Shown in pieces: positions 50,978-61,935 of a stretch of 64,000 bases of DNA. The DNA lies in assembly GCA_003216465.1 (NCBI GenBank), contig QCIU01000006.1:4967-68966 (forward strand), read 5' to 3'. A program made the position numbers and the translations under genes. The DNA is from Prochlorococcus sp. AG-402-N10. GTDB taxonomy: Bacteria > Cyanobacteriota > Cyanobacteriia > PCC-6307 > Cyanobiaceae. Positions within the stretch are counted from its first letter, which is position 1. Each line of letters begins with the position of its first letter. Under the pieces are notes generated by a model. The model saw only the letters and a program-made list of their open reading frames with translations. It was not told the DNA's origin and searched no databases.

Positions 50978-52618
50978 TTAATTTTTGGGATTTGAGAGTG
51001 CCTTCTTATCAGGGTTTTCTAAGTTATCAAATTGAGGGTGAATAGAATTTTTTTTCTCTGAAAATATAAGCCTGTTTAAAGCATTCACAAAAGCATTCGC
51101 AGCAGCAACAACTACGTCTGTATCGGCAGAATGTCCTGAATATATTTTATTTTTGTTTCTAATTCTTATAGTAACTTCCCCTAATGCATCTATTCCTTCT
51201 GTTACAGATTTAACGGAAAACTCTATTAGTTCATTTGGAACTTTAGCTAATGCATTTAGTGCCTCACAAACAGCATCTACAGGCCCAGTACCTATTGCAA
51301 CAGCAGTATCTTCAGTATGATCTTCTGTATTTATAAGAGTTACTGTAGCCGTAGGCTTGGAACTATTGCCGCAACTAACTTGAACATGACTTAATTGAAA
51401 TTTAGATTCCGGTAGTTGAACCTGTTCACTTACTATAGCTTCTAAATCTCTGTCAGTAATTTCTCTTTTTCTATCAGCGAGATCTTTGAATCGAGCAAAA
51501 GCATCATTTAAATCTTCCCTACTTAAATCGTATCCCATTTCTTCCAATCTTGCTCTTACTGCGCTTCTCCCACTAAGCTTCCCTAATGAAATTTTATTAT
51601 CATTCAAACCAACAGTTTTTGCATCAATAATTTCGTATGTAAGTCTATTTTTTAGTACTCCATCCTGATGAATTCCTGACTCATGAGCAAAAGCATTTGC
51701 TCCAACTATTGCCTTATTAGGTTGAACATTCATTCCAGTTAAGTTTGATACTAGTCGCGAAGTTTTTGTTATTTCTTCTGTTCTTATCGCTGTTAGAGGA
51801 GTAGGTGAATCTGAATCTCTTTCAAAGAAGTTATTAAAAAAACTTTTTCTCACGTGTAATGCCATAACTAATTCTTCTAGTGAGGCATTTCCGGCTCTCT
51901 CGCCTATCCCATTGATGGTGCATTCTAATTGCCTTGCTCCATTTTTTACTGCTTCAAGAAAATTAGCAACGGCCAAGCCTAAATCGTTATGTCCATGAAC
52001 GGAAATAACAGCCTCATCTATGTTAGGAACATTTTTATTAATATCAAAAATAAGTTTTCCAAATTCACTAGGAGTTGTGAAACCTACAGTATCTGGAATA
52101 TTAATAGTTGTAGCGCCCGATGATATTGCTAGTTGAATTACTTCATATAGAAATTCAGGATCACTCCTAGAGGCATCTTCACAAGAGAATTCAATATCAT
52201 CAACTAAAGATTTGGCATAACTTACCATATCTGGAACTATAGAAAGAACATCTTTTCTTGATTTTCTTAGTTTATGTTTGAGGTGGATATCGCTTGTAGC
52301 TATAAAAGTATGTATCCTTTTTTTTGGAGCTGGGCTTATTGCTTCGTCGCAAGCTTTAATATCATTTGTAGATGCCCTAGCTAAACCGCAAATTATTGGA
52401 CCATTTTCTCCTCCTACTACTTCCGCAATTTTATTTACTGCTTTAAAATCTCCAGGACTTGCAAAAGGAAATCCTGCTTCAATAACATCAACTCCTAATC
52501 TGGCAAGTTGATGAGCAATTGCAAGTTTCTCCTCAAGATTTAAACTCGCACCAGGAGATTGCTCTCCATCTCTAAGGGTTGTATCAAAGATCAATATCCT
52601 GCCTGGATCTTTGGACAT
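50978..52618 (-). CDS. leuA: 2-isopropylmalate synthase
   Basis: [23 protein letters not shown], and a C-terminal LeuA dimerisation/regulatory domain. Confidence 0.95.
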   Translation of the reverse strand: MSKDPGRILIFDTTLRDGEQSPGASLNLEEKLAIAHQLARLGVDVIEAGFPFASPGDFKAVNKIAEVVGGENGPIICGLARASTNDIKACDEAISPAPKKRIHTFIATSDIHLKHKLRKSRKDVLSIVPDMVSYAKSLVDDIEFSCEDASRSDPEFLYEVIQLAISSGATTINIPDTVGFTTPSEFGKLIFDINKNVPNIDEAVISVHGHNDLGLAVANFLEAVKNGARQLECTINGIGERAGNASLEELVMALHVRKSFFNNFFERDSDSPTPLTAIRTEEITKTSRLVSNLTGMNVQPNKAIVGANAFAHESGIHQDGVLKNRLTYEIIDAKTVGLNDNKISLGKLSGRSAVRARLEEMGYDLSREDLNDAFARFKDLADRKREITDRDLEAIVSEQVQLPESKFQLSHVQVSCGNSSKPTATVTLINTEDHTEDTAVAIGTGPVDAVCEALNALAKVPNELIEFSVKSVTEGIDALGEVTIRIRNKNKIYSGHSADTDVVVAAANAFVNALNRLIFSEKKNSIHPQFDNLENPDKKALSNPKN

Positions 52619-52854
52619 TAGTTAAATACGATTAACTATATATTAAGGCAATTAAAAAAAAATTACTAGATGTGGATTCATTTAACTCAGTACCGGGAAT
52701 TTAATACTCAAGTATTTTTGGTTAAAATATTATAAATAAATAGTATTTATATTAATTAAATAAAGTATTCTTTATAAAAAATAAATAATTAAATATTTGC
52801 CTAAAGGTAAATTTTGAAACTCTAAACTAATTTACTAATAAATTTTAAAAAACT

Positions 52855-54438
52855 ATGAATGGGCCTTTCCCTAATAAAAATTACTTAGGCAGATTGGCAA
52901 TAGTTTTACATGCTCATCTTCCATATGTTAGAAAAAATGAAAAAAATTCTTTAGAAGAAGATTGGTTATTCCAAGCAATACTGGAATGTTATATTCCATT
53001 AATTCAAGTAATGGAATATAGAAAAAAACAAGATATCGACAATACGAAATTAACCCTTAGTTTATCTCCAACCTTGTTATCTCTACTTAAAAATAAAGAA
53101 ATTCAAAAAAAATTTTCATCTTGGATTAATACAAGGATTGAATTTTTGAATGAATTACCTCATAAAGAACAAGCTGCTTCTTCATTTCTTATGAAAAATA
53201 TTAAAAATAATTTTTTATATTGGGAAAATTGCTCTGGAGATTTAATAGAGAGATTTAAAAATTTAAATTTAACTGGAAATTTAGATATCCTTACCTGTGC
53301 AGCTACTCATGGATATTTACCAATTCTTAGAGAAAATCCTGAAACAGTATTAGGTCAAATAAATACAGCAATTAGAAGTCATGAAGTTATTTTTGGTACA
53401 AAACCATTAGGGATTTGGTTACCTGAATGCGCTTACTATGAAAATTTAGATGAAATATTATTTAATTGCGGAATTAGATATGCAGTTTTAGATGGTCATG
53501 GCATTTTGAACGGATCTCCTAGGCCAAGGTATGGAGTTTACGCCCCTATTTGTTCTAAGAAAGGTGTGGCTTTTTTTGGAAGAGATAGTGAATCAACATT
53601 GCCAGTGTGGTCCTCACGAGAAGGATTTCCAGGAAATCCTGTTTATAGAGAGTTTCATAAGGACTTAGGGTGGGAGTTATCTTCCTCAGAATTACAAAAA
53701 AAAGGCATTCCCACAATAAGGCCTTTAGGATTAAAATTTCATAAGATTACCAATAATAATGGCTCATTAAGCAAAAAAGAATTTTACATAGAAGATGATG
53801 CTATAAAAAAAGTTGAGGAACATGCTGATAATTATCTTTTATCAAGAGCTAAGCAATTAAAGAATCTTTCCTTATCATCATCGTTTGAACCTTTGTTAGT
53901 TGCTCCATTTGATGCTGAATTATTTGGACATTGGTGGTACGAAGGACCAAGATTTATTGAAAATATACTTAAAAAATCAAAAGAGTATTCAATAAAGCTT
54001 ACAAATCTCAAGGAAATCCTTCTTCAAAAACCTAATTTGCAAATTTGTGATCCTTCTCCTTCGAGCTGGGGACAGGGGGGATATCATAATTACTGGCTTA
54101 ATGATAAAAATGCATGGATAGTTCCAGAAATTACAAAAGCGGGGTCTGCGTTTGTTAAATTATCTACTAGAAATTTTGACGATGATTTTTCTGTAAGGTT
54201 ATTAAAACAAGCAGCAAGAGAGTTACTTCTTTCCGAATCCTCTGATTGGAGTTTCATTTTAAAGGCAGGAACAACAACTGAACTTGCTAAAGAAAGGATC
54301 GATAGACACCTTTTTAGATTCTGGAAATTAATAGATATGTTAGAAAAAAAATCAACTAATGACTATAAATTTCTTGAAAATATTGAAGAAGAAGATAAAA
54401 TATTTCCTGATATAAGGATTAAAGATTGGCAATTTTAA
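52855..54438 (+). CDS. glycoside hydrolase family 57 enzyme (putative alpha-glucan branching enzyme / amylopullulanase-like)
   Basis: LHAHLPYVR, WLPECAY, FDAELFGHWWYEG. Confidence 0.8.
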   Translation: MNGPFPNKNYLGRLAIVLHAHLPYVRKNEKNSLEEDWLFQAILECYIPLIQVMEYRKKQDIDNTKLTLSLSPTLLSLLKNKEIQKKFSSWINTRIEFLNELPHKEQAASSFLMKNIKNNFLYWENCSGDLIERFKNLNLTGNLDILTCAATHGYLPILRENPETVLGQINTAIRSHEVIFGTKPLGIWLPECAYYENLDEILFNCGIRYAVLDGHGILNGSPRPRYGVYAPICSKKGVAFFGRDSESTLPVWSSREGFPGNPVYREFHKDLGWELSSSELQKKGIPTIRPLGLKFHKITNNNGSLSKKEFYIEDDAIKKVEEHADNYLLSRAKQLKNLSLSSSFEPLLVAPFDAELFGHWWYEGPRFIENILKKSKEYSIKLTNLKEILLQKPNLQICDPSPSSWGQGGYHNYWLNDKNAWIVPEITKAGSAFVKLSTRNFDDDFSVRLLKQAARELLLSESSDWSFILKAGTTTELAKERIDRHLFRFWKLIDMLEKKSTNDYKFLENIEEEDKIFPDIRIKDWQF

Positions 54439-54444
54439 AAAAAC

Positions 54445-55656
54445 TTATTTTATTTTTAACATCCCTAGCTTAACTTTTAAAGGTGAATTAATAAACATTT
54501 TAGTCATTACATAAATTAATTTTGGCAATGGAAGTGTATTGGTTAGAAAACCAACCCATTCTTTCGTTGATAATCTGAAGAAATTAGAAAAGAAGCTTCT
54601 TAATCTACTCTCATCAAAGCTCATTAATCTTTGGAGTCCATATTGATAGAGTCTATGTCTTTGAGTTAATTCATATGGCCATAAGACAGACCATCCTTTT
54701 GATGCTAATTCTAGTGAACTACAGTTGGGCTCTTTTAAAAAGATGGCTAATTTTTTGGCAAGAAGTGGCGCTCTTCTCAGTAGAGATCCAATCATGTATC
54801 CAGACGCAGGGTGAACCATACTTGCTGCCCCTCCAAAACCAAGCACAGATTGATTTTTATATGGGAGTGGTAAATTCATAGGGAATAAGCAATTCTCCTC
54901 ATGAAAAATCTCTTTTATGTTTATACCTTTATTATTTAATCTACTTAAAAGTCTTTTTTTTAGATGATCTTGAGATAAAGCAGGATAACTAGCTAGTGAC
55001 GTCTCCTCTACAAAATAAGTTTCATTCCCAAGATCCATTGCATAAAGAAAAGAGGGAGACGATAGCAACTCTTCATCATTTAAATGGTCAGATCGAAAAT
55101 CCATTAAAACAAATTGGTCTTTATTAACAGGAGGGGTGGTAAATTTACCGACTATCCCATAGGCAGCTTGTTGGGCGACCTCTTTTAGAAGTGGTCTTTT
55201 AATAAATTTACTTTTGTGCCCACTAGCGTCAATTACTAATCTTGCCTTTAGTTTTAACCCTGATAAGCAAATTACTTCTGAAATTTTGTTTTCTGATTTA
55301 ATTATTTTTGCAGTTTCGTTCAACCATTGAATACCTTTACATGTCTTTAAAAGTTCATTTTGAAAGGCTTCCTGATTTATTAACCCGTAATCATAAAAAT
55401 GTTTTGTGGGATTATTCCCTTCGTTCTTTATTCCATTTCCGAAGTAACTTACAGTTTTTGACCATCTATGAGACAACAAAGCCTCCAAACCTAATTCTTC
55501 TAATTCAGATGCCCAAATACCATAAGTATTCTCCCACTTTTCATAAGGAGATTTCGTTGATATTCCCTTTATTTTAAGATTTTGTTTGGCCAATTCTGAA
55601 GCTAAACAGAGTGCTGCTGGTCCAGAACCTAAAATTAAAATATCAAGTATTTCCAT
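54445..55656 (-). CDS. crtL: lycopene cyclase, CrtL family (beta or epsilon type cannot be decided by eye)
   Basis: N-terminal FAD fold DILILGSGPAA, FLYAMD, GFGGAASMVHPASGY. Confidence 0.8.
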   Translation of the reverse strand: MEILDILILGSGPAALCLASELAKQNLKIKGISTKSPYEKWENTYGIWASELEELGLEALLSHRWSKTVSYFGNGIKNEGNNPTKHFYDYGLINQEAFQNELLKTCKGIQWLNETAKIIKSENKISEVICLSGLKLKARLVIDASGHKSKFIKRPLLKEVAQQAAYGIVGKFTTPPVNKDQFVLMDFRSDHLNDEELLSSPSFLYAMDLGNETYFVEETSLASYPALSQDHLKKRLLSRLNNKGINIKEIFHEENCLFPMNLPLPYKNQSVLGFGGAASMVHPASGYMIGSLLRRAPLLAKKLAIFLKEPNCSSLELASKGWSVLWPYELTQRHRLYQYGLQRLMSFDESRLRSFFSNFFRLSTKEWVGFLTNTLPLPKLIYVMTKMFINSPLKVKLGMLKIK

Positions 55657-55681
55657 GAGAACCTTTTAATCTCCTACATTC

Positions 55682-58282
55682 TTAAAGTTCTTTTTCTTTA
55701 GAAATTATTTGATCTGAATCTTCGACTTGCTCATGAGGAACTAATACAACTTCAGATAAATGATCACCTTCATCTAGTCGTTGCAATTTTACTCCTGTAG
55801 CAGCTCTTGATTGTTGTGAAATTTTATCGGCATTTGTTCTTACTATCACACCTTTCTCTGTAACAAAAATCAATTCTTCACCCTCTCCTAGAACCTTAAG
55901 TCCCACTAGGGAGTCATGTTTAATTCTAAATTTTATTGCTCTTAAACCCATCCCAGCTCGTTTTTGCAATCTAAATTGGTTTACTGGGACTCTCTTCCCT
56001 AGGCCAAAAGCACTGGCTACAAGAACCCAAGGACCATTTGAAGAATTATTATCTAGATCTTCATCAGTCTCTTCATTTTCATTATCAATATTTGCAAGTT
56101 GATCAACCAGACTAGAAGTTAAAACATCCATTGATACAAGTTTATCTCCATCTTTTAAGTTCATAGATTTAACCCCTCTCGCTGTCCTTCCAAGAGGCCT
56201 TAACTCACTGATATCTAACCTGAAATGAATAGTCATCCCTTTTTTTGATCCAATTAATACACTATCGCCTTCTGTTGATAATCTAACCCAAGTTAAAGCA
56301 TCACCTTCCTCTAAATTAATTGCTATCAGACCATTTGATCGTATTTTTGAAAAAGAAGATAATGAAGTTCTCTTGATAAATCCAGCTTTAGTTAGCATTA
56401 ATAAATAAAGATCGTTCTCGAAAGACTCTACTGAAACAATAGAAGTAATTTGTTCTTCTCTTGGTATGGGGAGGAGTTGAACAGAAGGTGTTCCTTTAGC
56501 AGTTCTGCTACTCATAGGTACTCTGAAAGCTGGCAGTGCATAAGCCACACCTCTATCACTGAAAAGTAAAAGAGTATCATGATCATTGCAACTTATAAAT
56601 AATTTAACTTCATCATCTTCTTGATTTTTTGTTCCAGCTTTACCTCTTGACCCCCTGCTTGTGGATTCGAATTCACTTACAGGCATTCTCTTTAAATATC
56701 CAGCTGAGGTTAACAAAACAACTGACCGCTCGTTAGCTATGAGGTCAATATCATCTAGGCCTCCACCTAAATTAAGGATTTCGGTTTTTCTTGGGGATGA
56801 AAATCTTTGATCTATTTGGCTAAGCTCTTCAAGAATTATTTCATTTATTCTTTGTTTATCATTCAATATATTTTTATAATCTGTGATTTTTTTCGTTAGA
56901 TCATTATGTTCTGCTTTAATTTTATCTGCCTCTAAAGCCGTTAATCTTCTTAATTGCATTTGTAAAATAGCATCTGCTTGAATAGCAGATAATTCGTGAT
57001 CTTTTTGCAATTGTTCTCTTGCTGAGGTTGTATCTTTCGCAGATCTTATTAAATGTATAATGTTGTCCATTGCTTCTAGAGCCAAAAGAAGTCCTTGGAT
57101 AATGTGATCTCTTTCTTCTGCTTTTTTCAATAAGAAAGTTGTCCTTCTTTTTATCGTTTCAATTCTAAAATCTAGAAATACATCCAACATTTTTCTAAGT
57201 GAAAGAGTTGTAGGTTCACCATTGACAAGAGCTAAAATATTTGCGCTAAAGTTATTTTGAAGGGGGGTTAACTTAAAAAGATTATTTAAAACAACCTGAG
57301 GATATGCGTCTCTCTTTAGCTCAATCACAATTCTCATACCGTCTCTGTCACTTTCATCTCTAATATCCGAAATGCCCTCTAATTTCTTATCATTTACTAG
57401 ATCTGCAATTCTCTCTATCAAACCTGCTTTATTAGTTTGAAAGGGAAGTTCAGTTATTATTACAGCATCTTTTTCTGCTCTCCCGGGGGATTTGATTTGT
57501 TCAATATCTGCAACACCTCTCATGGTTATTGAGCCTCTCCCAGACTTAAAGGTTTCTTTGATACCATCTCTACCTAAGATCTGTCCTCCTGTGGGGAAAT
57601 CAGGTCCTTTAATTATCTCAAAAAGTTCTTTTTCTTCAATTAAAGGATTATTGATAATTGATTTTAGACCATTAATTAATTCTCCTAAATTGTGAGGAGG
57701 TATATTTGTTGCCATACCTACTGCAATGCCAGAAGATCCATTTAAGAGAAGCTGTGGAATTCTCGCTGGTAAAACTGTAGGTTCTTGTTGCGAACCATCA
57801 AAATTATCGGAAAAATCTACAGTTTCAGATTCAATATCCTCAAGTAAACTCTCATCTGTTAGGGATTGAAGACGTGATTCTGTATATCTCATCGCTGCTG
57901 GGGGGTCATTATCAACCGAACCAAAGTTTCCATGACCATCAATTAGAGGCATTCGCATTGAAAAATCCTGAGCCATCCTTACTAGTGCATCGTAAACTGC
58001 AGTATCTCCGTGAGGATGGTACTTTCCTAAAACTTCCCCAACAACCCTTGCACATTTTCTGTAAGGCCTGCCACTTGTTAAGCCAAGCTCATACATAGCG
58101 TAAAGAATCCTTCTGTGAACTGGTTTTAATCCATCTCTAGCGTCTGGAAGCGCACGTCCAACAATTACGCTCATTGCGTATTCTAGATATGATCGAGACA
58201 TTTCATTTCGCAAATCAGTCTGAATTATTCGATCGTTATTTTCACTCAATCCAGAATTCTCAGAATCAACAATATCAGACAT
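55682..58282 (-). CDS. gyrA: DNA gyrase subunit A
   Basis: [14 protein letters not shown], catalytic AAMRYTE. C-terminal beta-pinwheel repeats. Confidence 0.95.
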   Translation of the reverse strand: MSDIVDSENSGLSENNDRIIQTDLRNEMSRSYLEYAMSVIVGRALPDARDGLKPVHRRILYAMYELGLTSGRPYRKCARVVGEVLGKYHPHGDTAVYDALVRMAQDFSMRMPLIDGHGNFGSVDNDPPAAMRYTESRLQSLTDESLLEDIESETVDFSDNFDGSQQEPTVLPARIPQLLLNGSSGIAVGMATNIPPHNLGELINGLKSIINNPLIEEKELFEIIKGPDFPTGGQILGRDGIKETFKSGRGSITMRGVADIEQIKSPGRAEKDAVIITELPFQTNKAGLIERIADLVNDKKLEGISDIRDESDRDGMRIVIELKRDAYPQVVLNNLFKLTPLQNNFSANILALVNGEPTTLSLRKMLDVFLDFRIETIKRRTTFLLKKAEERDHIIQGLLLALEAMDNIIHLIRSAKDTTSAREQLQKDHELSAIQADAILQMQLRRLTALEADKIKAEHNDLTKKITDYKNILNDKQRINEIILEELSQIDQRFSSPRKTEILNLGGGLDDIDLIANERSVVLLTSAGYLKRMPVSEFESTSRGSRGKAGTKNQEDDEVKLFISCNDHDTLLLFSDRGVAYALPAFRVPMSSRTAKGTPSVQLLPIPREEQITSIVSVESFENDLYLLMLTKAGFIKRTSLSSFSKIRSNGLIAINLEEGDALTWVRLSTEGDSVLIGSKKGMTIHFRLDISELRPLGRTARGVKSMNLKDGDKLVSMDVLTSSLVDQLANIDNENEETDEDLDNNSSNGPWVLVASAFGLGKRVPVNQFRLQKRAGMGLRAIKFRIKHDSLVGLKVLGEGEELIFVTEKGVIVRTNADKISQQSRAATGVKLQRLDEGDHLSEVVLVPHEQVEDSDQIISKEKEL

Positions 58283-58461
58283 ATAAAACCTTTTATTTAA
58301 TAATAATCGCTGATTGTCAGAATGAAAAAAATAAAACTAAAATTTAATTTTCAAATACTCACATTTATGCACAAATAATAAAAAAACCCTTTTGTTTTTA
58401 AATAATTATTGGCTTATTACTCCTTTAGTTGTTAATTTAATCAGAATAAATTAAAAATCTC

Positions 58462-59625
58462 GTGGATATTGAAATTGGTTTGAACAAAAAAGTTAAAAGG
58501 GCTTATGGTATTGATGAAATAGCATTAGTTCCTGGAAAAAGAACTCTTGATTATCATTTAACGGACCCATCTTGGGTAATAGGCAATTTCAAAAGAGAAA
58601 TTCCTATCATTGCCAGTGCAATGGACAGCGTTGTTGATGTTAACACTGCAGTTGAGCTTTCAAAGTTGGGAGCTCTTGGAGTTCTTAATATGGAGGGTAT
58701 TCAGACAAGGTATGATCATCCTGAAGAAATACTTAGTCAAATTGCTTCTGTAGGGAAAGGTGAATTCGTCCCTTTAATGCAAAAAATTTACAGTGAACCC
58801 ATAAAAGAAAATTTAATCTTAAAAAGAATTGACGATATTAAAGAAAAAGGTGGAATAGCAGCATTAAGTGGAACACCTCAAGCCGCAATTAAATTCAAAG
58901 AAACACTAATAAAATCAAAAATAGATTTATTTTTTTTGCAAGGTACAGTAGTTTCTACAGAGCATTTAGGGGTAGATGGCAAGGAAACCTTAAATATAAA
59001 AAAACTTTGCCAATCTTTAAAAGTCCCAGTAATCGCAGGAAATTGTGTAACATATGATGTCTCAAAACTACTTATGAAAGCCGGCGTGGCAGGTCTTATG
59101 GTGGGTATAGGTCCAGGGGCTGCTTGTACATCCAGAGGAGTATTAGGAATCGGCATTCCACAGGCAACAGCAATATCTGACTGTAGTTCTGCAAGAGATG
59201 ACTACTTTGAAGAAAGTGGTCGATATATTCCTATAATTGGTGATGGCGGAATTGTAACTGGAGGAGATATTTGTAAATGCCTTGCTTGTGGAGCTGATGC
59301 AGTTATGATTGGATCTCCAATAGCTAAATCATCAAGCGCACCTGGGAATGGATTTCACTGGGGTATGGCCACTCCAAGTCCAATTTTACCTAGAGGAACA
59401 AGAATTGAAGTTGGTTCTACGGGTTCTTTAGAAAGAATAATTAGAGGACCTGCATTACTTGATGACGGCACACATAATTTACTTGGAGCTATTAGAACAT
59501 CAATGAGTACTCTTGGAGTTAAAAATCTTAAAGAAATGCAAAATGTAGAAATAGTTATTGCACCATCTCTTTTAACTGAAGGTAAAGTTTATCAAAAAGC
59601 TCAACAGCTTGGAATGGGTAAATAA
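58462..59625 (+). CDS. guaB: IMP dehydrogenase family protein, short form without the CBS (Bateman) insert
   Basis: TIM-barrel IMPDH pattern with catalytic-loop GIGPGAACTSR and GDGGI. 387 aa, GTG start. Confidence 0.8.
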   Translation: MDIEIGLNKKVKRAYGIDEIALVPGKRTLDYHLTDPSWVIGNFKREIPIIASAMDSVVDVNTAVELSKLGALGVLNMEGIQTRYDHPEEILSQIASVGKGEFVPLMQKIYSEPIKENLILKRIDDIKEKGGIAALSGTPQAAIKFKETLIKSKIDLFFLQGTVVSTEHLGVDGKETLNIKKLCQSLKVPVIAGNCVTYDVSKLLMKAGVAGLMVGIGPGAACTSRGVLGIGIPQATAISDCSSARDDYFEESGRYIPIIGDGGIVTGGDICKCLACGADAVMIGSPIAKSSSAPGNGFHWGMATPSPILPRGTRIEVGSTGSLERIIRGPALLDDGTHNLLGAIRTSMSTLGVKNLKEMQNVEIVIAPSLLTEGKVYQKAQQLGMGK

Positions 59626-59684
59626 TATAAATTGTTATTTCTAGAAATTCAATATAAATTCTTTTTTAGAGCTATTATTAAGTG

Positions 59685-59741
59685 ATGGGGGAAACCCCAT
59701 ACTCCTCACACACATAAACGCCCGATTTATCGGGCTTTTTT
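59685..59741 (+). ncRNA. yfr1: Yfr1-type small regulatory RNA
   Basis: 5' hairpin atgggg-GAAA-ccccat (59685-59700). Single-stranded ACTCCTCACAC (59701-59711). Terminator hairpin gcccga-ttta-tcgggc plus T6. TATTAT -10 box at 59673-59678. The locus lies in the guaB-trxA spacer. The 5' end is uncertain by a few nt. Confidence 0.8.
59720..59741 (+). terminator. Rho-independent terminator of the Yfr1 RNA
   Basis: 6-bp GC-rich stem (gcccga/tcgggc), 4-nt loop, six T. Confidence 0.8.
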
Positions 59742-59833
59742 AACCCGATTTGTTACTTATATGTTTTTATCTGTAATGAAATCATCAGTTAAAAGAATAG
59801 CCTGCTAAATTTTCTAAAAGGAATATCTAAATT

Positions 59834-60157
59834 ATGTCATCAGCTCCAGCCGTAACTGATTCTTCATTTGACAAAGAAGTTTTGCAAAGTGATCTGCCAG
59901 TCTTAGTTGATTTTTGGGCTCCATGGTGTGGTCCATGCAGAATGGTCGCACCTGTTGTAGAGGAAATTTCTAAAGACTTCGAAGGTAAAATTAAAGTATT
60001 TAAACTAAATACAGATGAAAATCCTAATGTTGCAAGTCAATATGGAATTAGAAGTATTCCAACTTTAATGATTTTTAAGGGGGGTCAAAAAGTTGATACC
60101 GTCGTTGGAGCTGTTCCAAAGGCAACTCTTTCTAGTACTTTGTCGAAGCACCTATAA
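59834..60157 (+). CDS. trxA: thioredoxin
   Basis: WAPWCGPC active site; 107 aa. Confidence 0.95.
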   Translation: MSSAPAVTDSSFDKEVLQSDLPVLVDFWAPWCGPCRMVAPVVEEISKDFEGKIKVFKLNTDENPNVASQYGIRSIPTLMIFKGGQKVDTVVGAVPKATLSSTLSKHL

Positions 60158-60167
60158 AATTAAGGTA

Positions 60168-60785
60168 TTGTCTAAAATAGGACTCATAGATTACGGGATG
60201 GGTAACATTCATTCTGTAAAGAAAGCCTTAGAAAGTCTTGAAGAGGAAATAATATTAATTGAAAATCATCATCAGACAAAAGATTGTAAAGCTTTAATAT
60301 TGCCTGGTGTAGGTTCCTTTGACCCTGCTATGAATAACCTTAAGAAAACAGGATTAATAAATGATATAAAAAACTGGATAAATAGTGGAAAATCATTTTT
60401 AGGAATTTGTCTTGGCTTGCAATTACTCTTTGAATCAAGTGAGGAGGGTCAAATCTCAGGACTTGGAATAGTAGAAGGACAAATTAAAAAAATCCCCCAG
60501 TTGTCTAATCAAAGAATCCCACATGTCGGATGGTGCGAACTCCTCCCTACACGACAGAACTGCTTAATGAAAGATGATGAATATAATAACTGGGTGTATT
60601 TTGTACATTCTTATTATGCATTGCCCAATAATACAAACCATATAGCTGCTAATGTTAGTTATGGTTCTGAGAAATTAACAGCAATAATAGAAAAAGACAA
60701 TTTACTTGCTTGCCAGTTTCACCCTGAAAAATCAGGGAAAACCGGAGAAAAACTTTTACTTAGGTGGCTTAAAAGCATTCAATAA
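60168..60785 (+). CDS. hisH: imidazole glycerol phosphate synthase, glutamine amidotransferase subunit
   Basis: KIGLIDYGMGN N-terminus, GICLGLQ catalytic Cys, QFHPEKS. I place the start at in-frame TTG 60168, preceded by AAGG, rather than the track's 60093, which overlaps trxA. Confidence 0.85.
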   Translation: MSKIGLIDYGMGNIHSVKKALESLEEEIILIENHHQTKDCKALILPGVGSFDPAMNNLKKTGLINDIKNWINSGKSFLGICLGLQLLFESSEEGQISGLGIVEGQIKKIPQLSNQRIPHVGWCELLPTRQNCLMKDDEYNNWVYFVHSYYALPNNTNHIAANVSYGSEKLTAIIEKDNLLACQFHPEKSGKTGEKLLLRWLKSIQ

Positions 60786-60798
60786 GTCCATTTGATAT

Positions 60799-61386
60799 AT
60801 GAAAACAAATTTGAGGTTAATTGGAGGAAGAAGACTGGAGAGCTCAAACAATAGCGATATTAGGCCAACCACTTTAATGGTTAGAGAGGCTATTTTTAAT
60901 ATTTTGAAAAATAGAGTAGAAAAATCTAATTGGTTAGATTTATTTAGTGGAACAGGAGCGATATCATGTGAGGCATATAATCATGGAGCAAAGAAAATAG
61001 TTGCAATTGAAAAAAATAAATTCAACTCAAAAATATGTTTAAGAAATTTATGCTCATTAGACAATGTAGACAATAGAAAAAATGATATTCAAGTTATTTG
61101 CAATGATGTTTTGATTTGGACAAAGCCAGAAACTAAAAGGAATATATTTGCAAATAATGATTTTGATCAAATAAAATTTGACTTTATTTATCTAGATCCA
61201 CCATATAGAGCTAATTACCATATATTAGTTTTAAATCAAATTTTTAATTGTAATTTTATAAGGAAAGGTACAATTGTTATCTGCGAACATTCACTAGATT
61301 TGAACATACAAAAGAATATTTTGTGGGATGTTTATGATGTTAGAACTTATGGTCAATCAAAATTGACTTTTTTAATCCATATCTAA
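60799..61386 (+). CDS. rsmD: 16S rRNA (guanine966-N2)-methyltransferase RsmD family
   Basis: [23 protein letters not shown], and the DPPY catalytic motif. Confidence 0.8.
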   Translation: MKTNLRLIGGRRLESSNNSDIRPTTLMVREAIFNILKNRVEKSNWLDLFSGTGAISCEAYNHGAKKIVAIEKNKFNSKICLRNLCSLDNVDNRKNDIQVICNDVLIWTKPETKRNIFANNDFDQIKFDFIYLDPPYRANYHILVLNQIFNCNFIRKGTIVICEHSLDLNIQKNILWDVYDVRTYGQSKLTFLIHI

Positions 61387-61491
61387 CATTCCTGAACCTC
61401 TCCTATATTGATTCCAAGCGCTTACAAATAGTCCAAGAAGGGTTATTGGAACTAATCCTAAAACAATTCCACACAATAGAGGTTCAATCAT
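61372..61491 (-). CDS. petG: cytochrome b6f complex subunit 5 (PetG), 39 aa
   Basis: Hand translation of the minus strand gives [39 protein letters not shown], the canonical PetG sequence pattern. It falls below the ORF-track length cutoff. Confidence 0.9.
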   Translation of the reverse strand: MIEPLLCGIVLGLVPITLLGLFVSAWNQYRRGSGMLDMD

Positions 61492-61546
61492 TTTCTGGCA
61501 ATTTTTTCATTTCTCATTCACAATTGTTACACAGCGACAATTTTTT

Positions 61547-61933
61547 GTGACAACATCTTCATCATCTGCAGTAGAAAATTCTTTTTTAAAGAAATATTGG
61601 AAACAGAGCTTAATTGTTCTCGCCATTTCATTAATATGTGTTTCTTTATTTTATTTCAAACAAGATGAGAACAATACATATATTCTTAAAACTCTAGAAC
61701 TTAACGGATCAATTAAAGAAGGAGATTCTCTCTTCAAAATGAATTGTGTTGGATGTCATGGTATTACTGCGAGAGGATTAGTTGGACCAGATTTACATTC
61801 AATAACCCAACGTTTAAATGATAATGAAATCATAAAACAAGTTATAGAGGGTCTTACACCTCCTATGCCTAGTTTTGAAATTGATCCTCAAAACATGTCT
61901 AATTTATTAAAATATTTGCATACTTTGAATTAA
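61547..61933 (+). CDS. cytM: membrane-anchored c-type cytochrome, CytM-like
   Basis: N-terminal TM helix, heme motif CVGCH, distal PPMP Met ligand region. GTG start. Confidence 0.7.
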   Translation: MTTSSSSAVENSFLKKYWKQSLIVLAISLICVSLFYFKQDENNTYILKTLELNGSIKEGDSLFKMNCVGCHGITARGLVGPDLHSITQRLNDNEIIKQVIEGLTPPMPSFEIDPQNMSNLLKYLHTLN

Positions 61934-61935
61934 AT

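Noticed and set aside
50550-59156. Track ORFs 50550-50795(+), 51486-51668(+), 52278-52511(+), 54675-54881(+), 55308-55577(+), 57492-57695(+), 57874-58098(+) and 58878-59156(-)
   Set aside because: They are antisense shadows of the small membrane protein gene, leuA, crtL, gyrA and guaB.
60093-60167. 5' extension of hisH given by the track, overlapping trxA by 65 nt
   Set aside because: The extension ([14 protein letters not shown]...) has no HisH similarity. Conserved HisH N-termini begin at ...KIGLIDYGMGN, and an in-frame TTG with an AAGG upstream lies at 60168.
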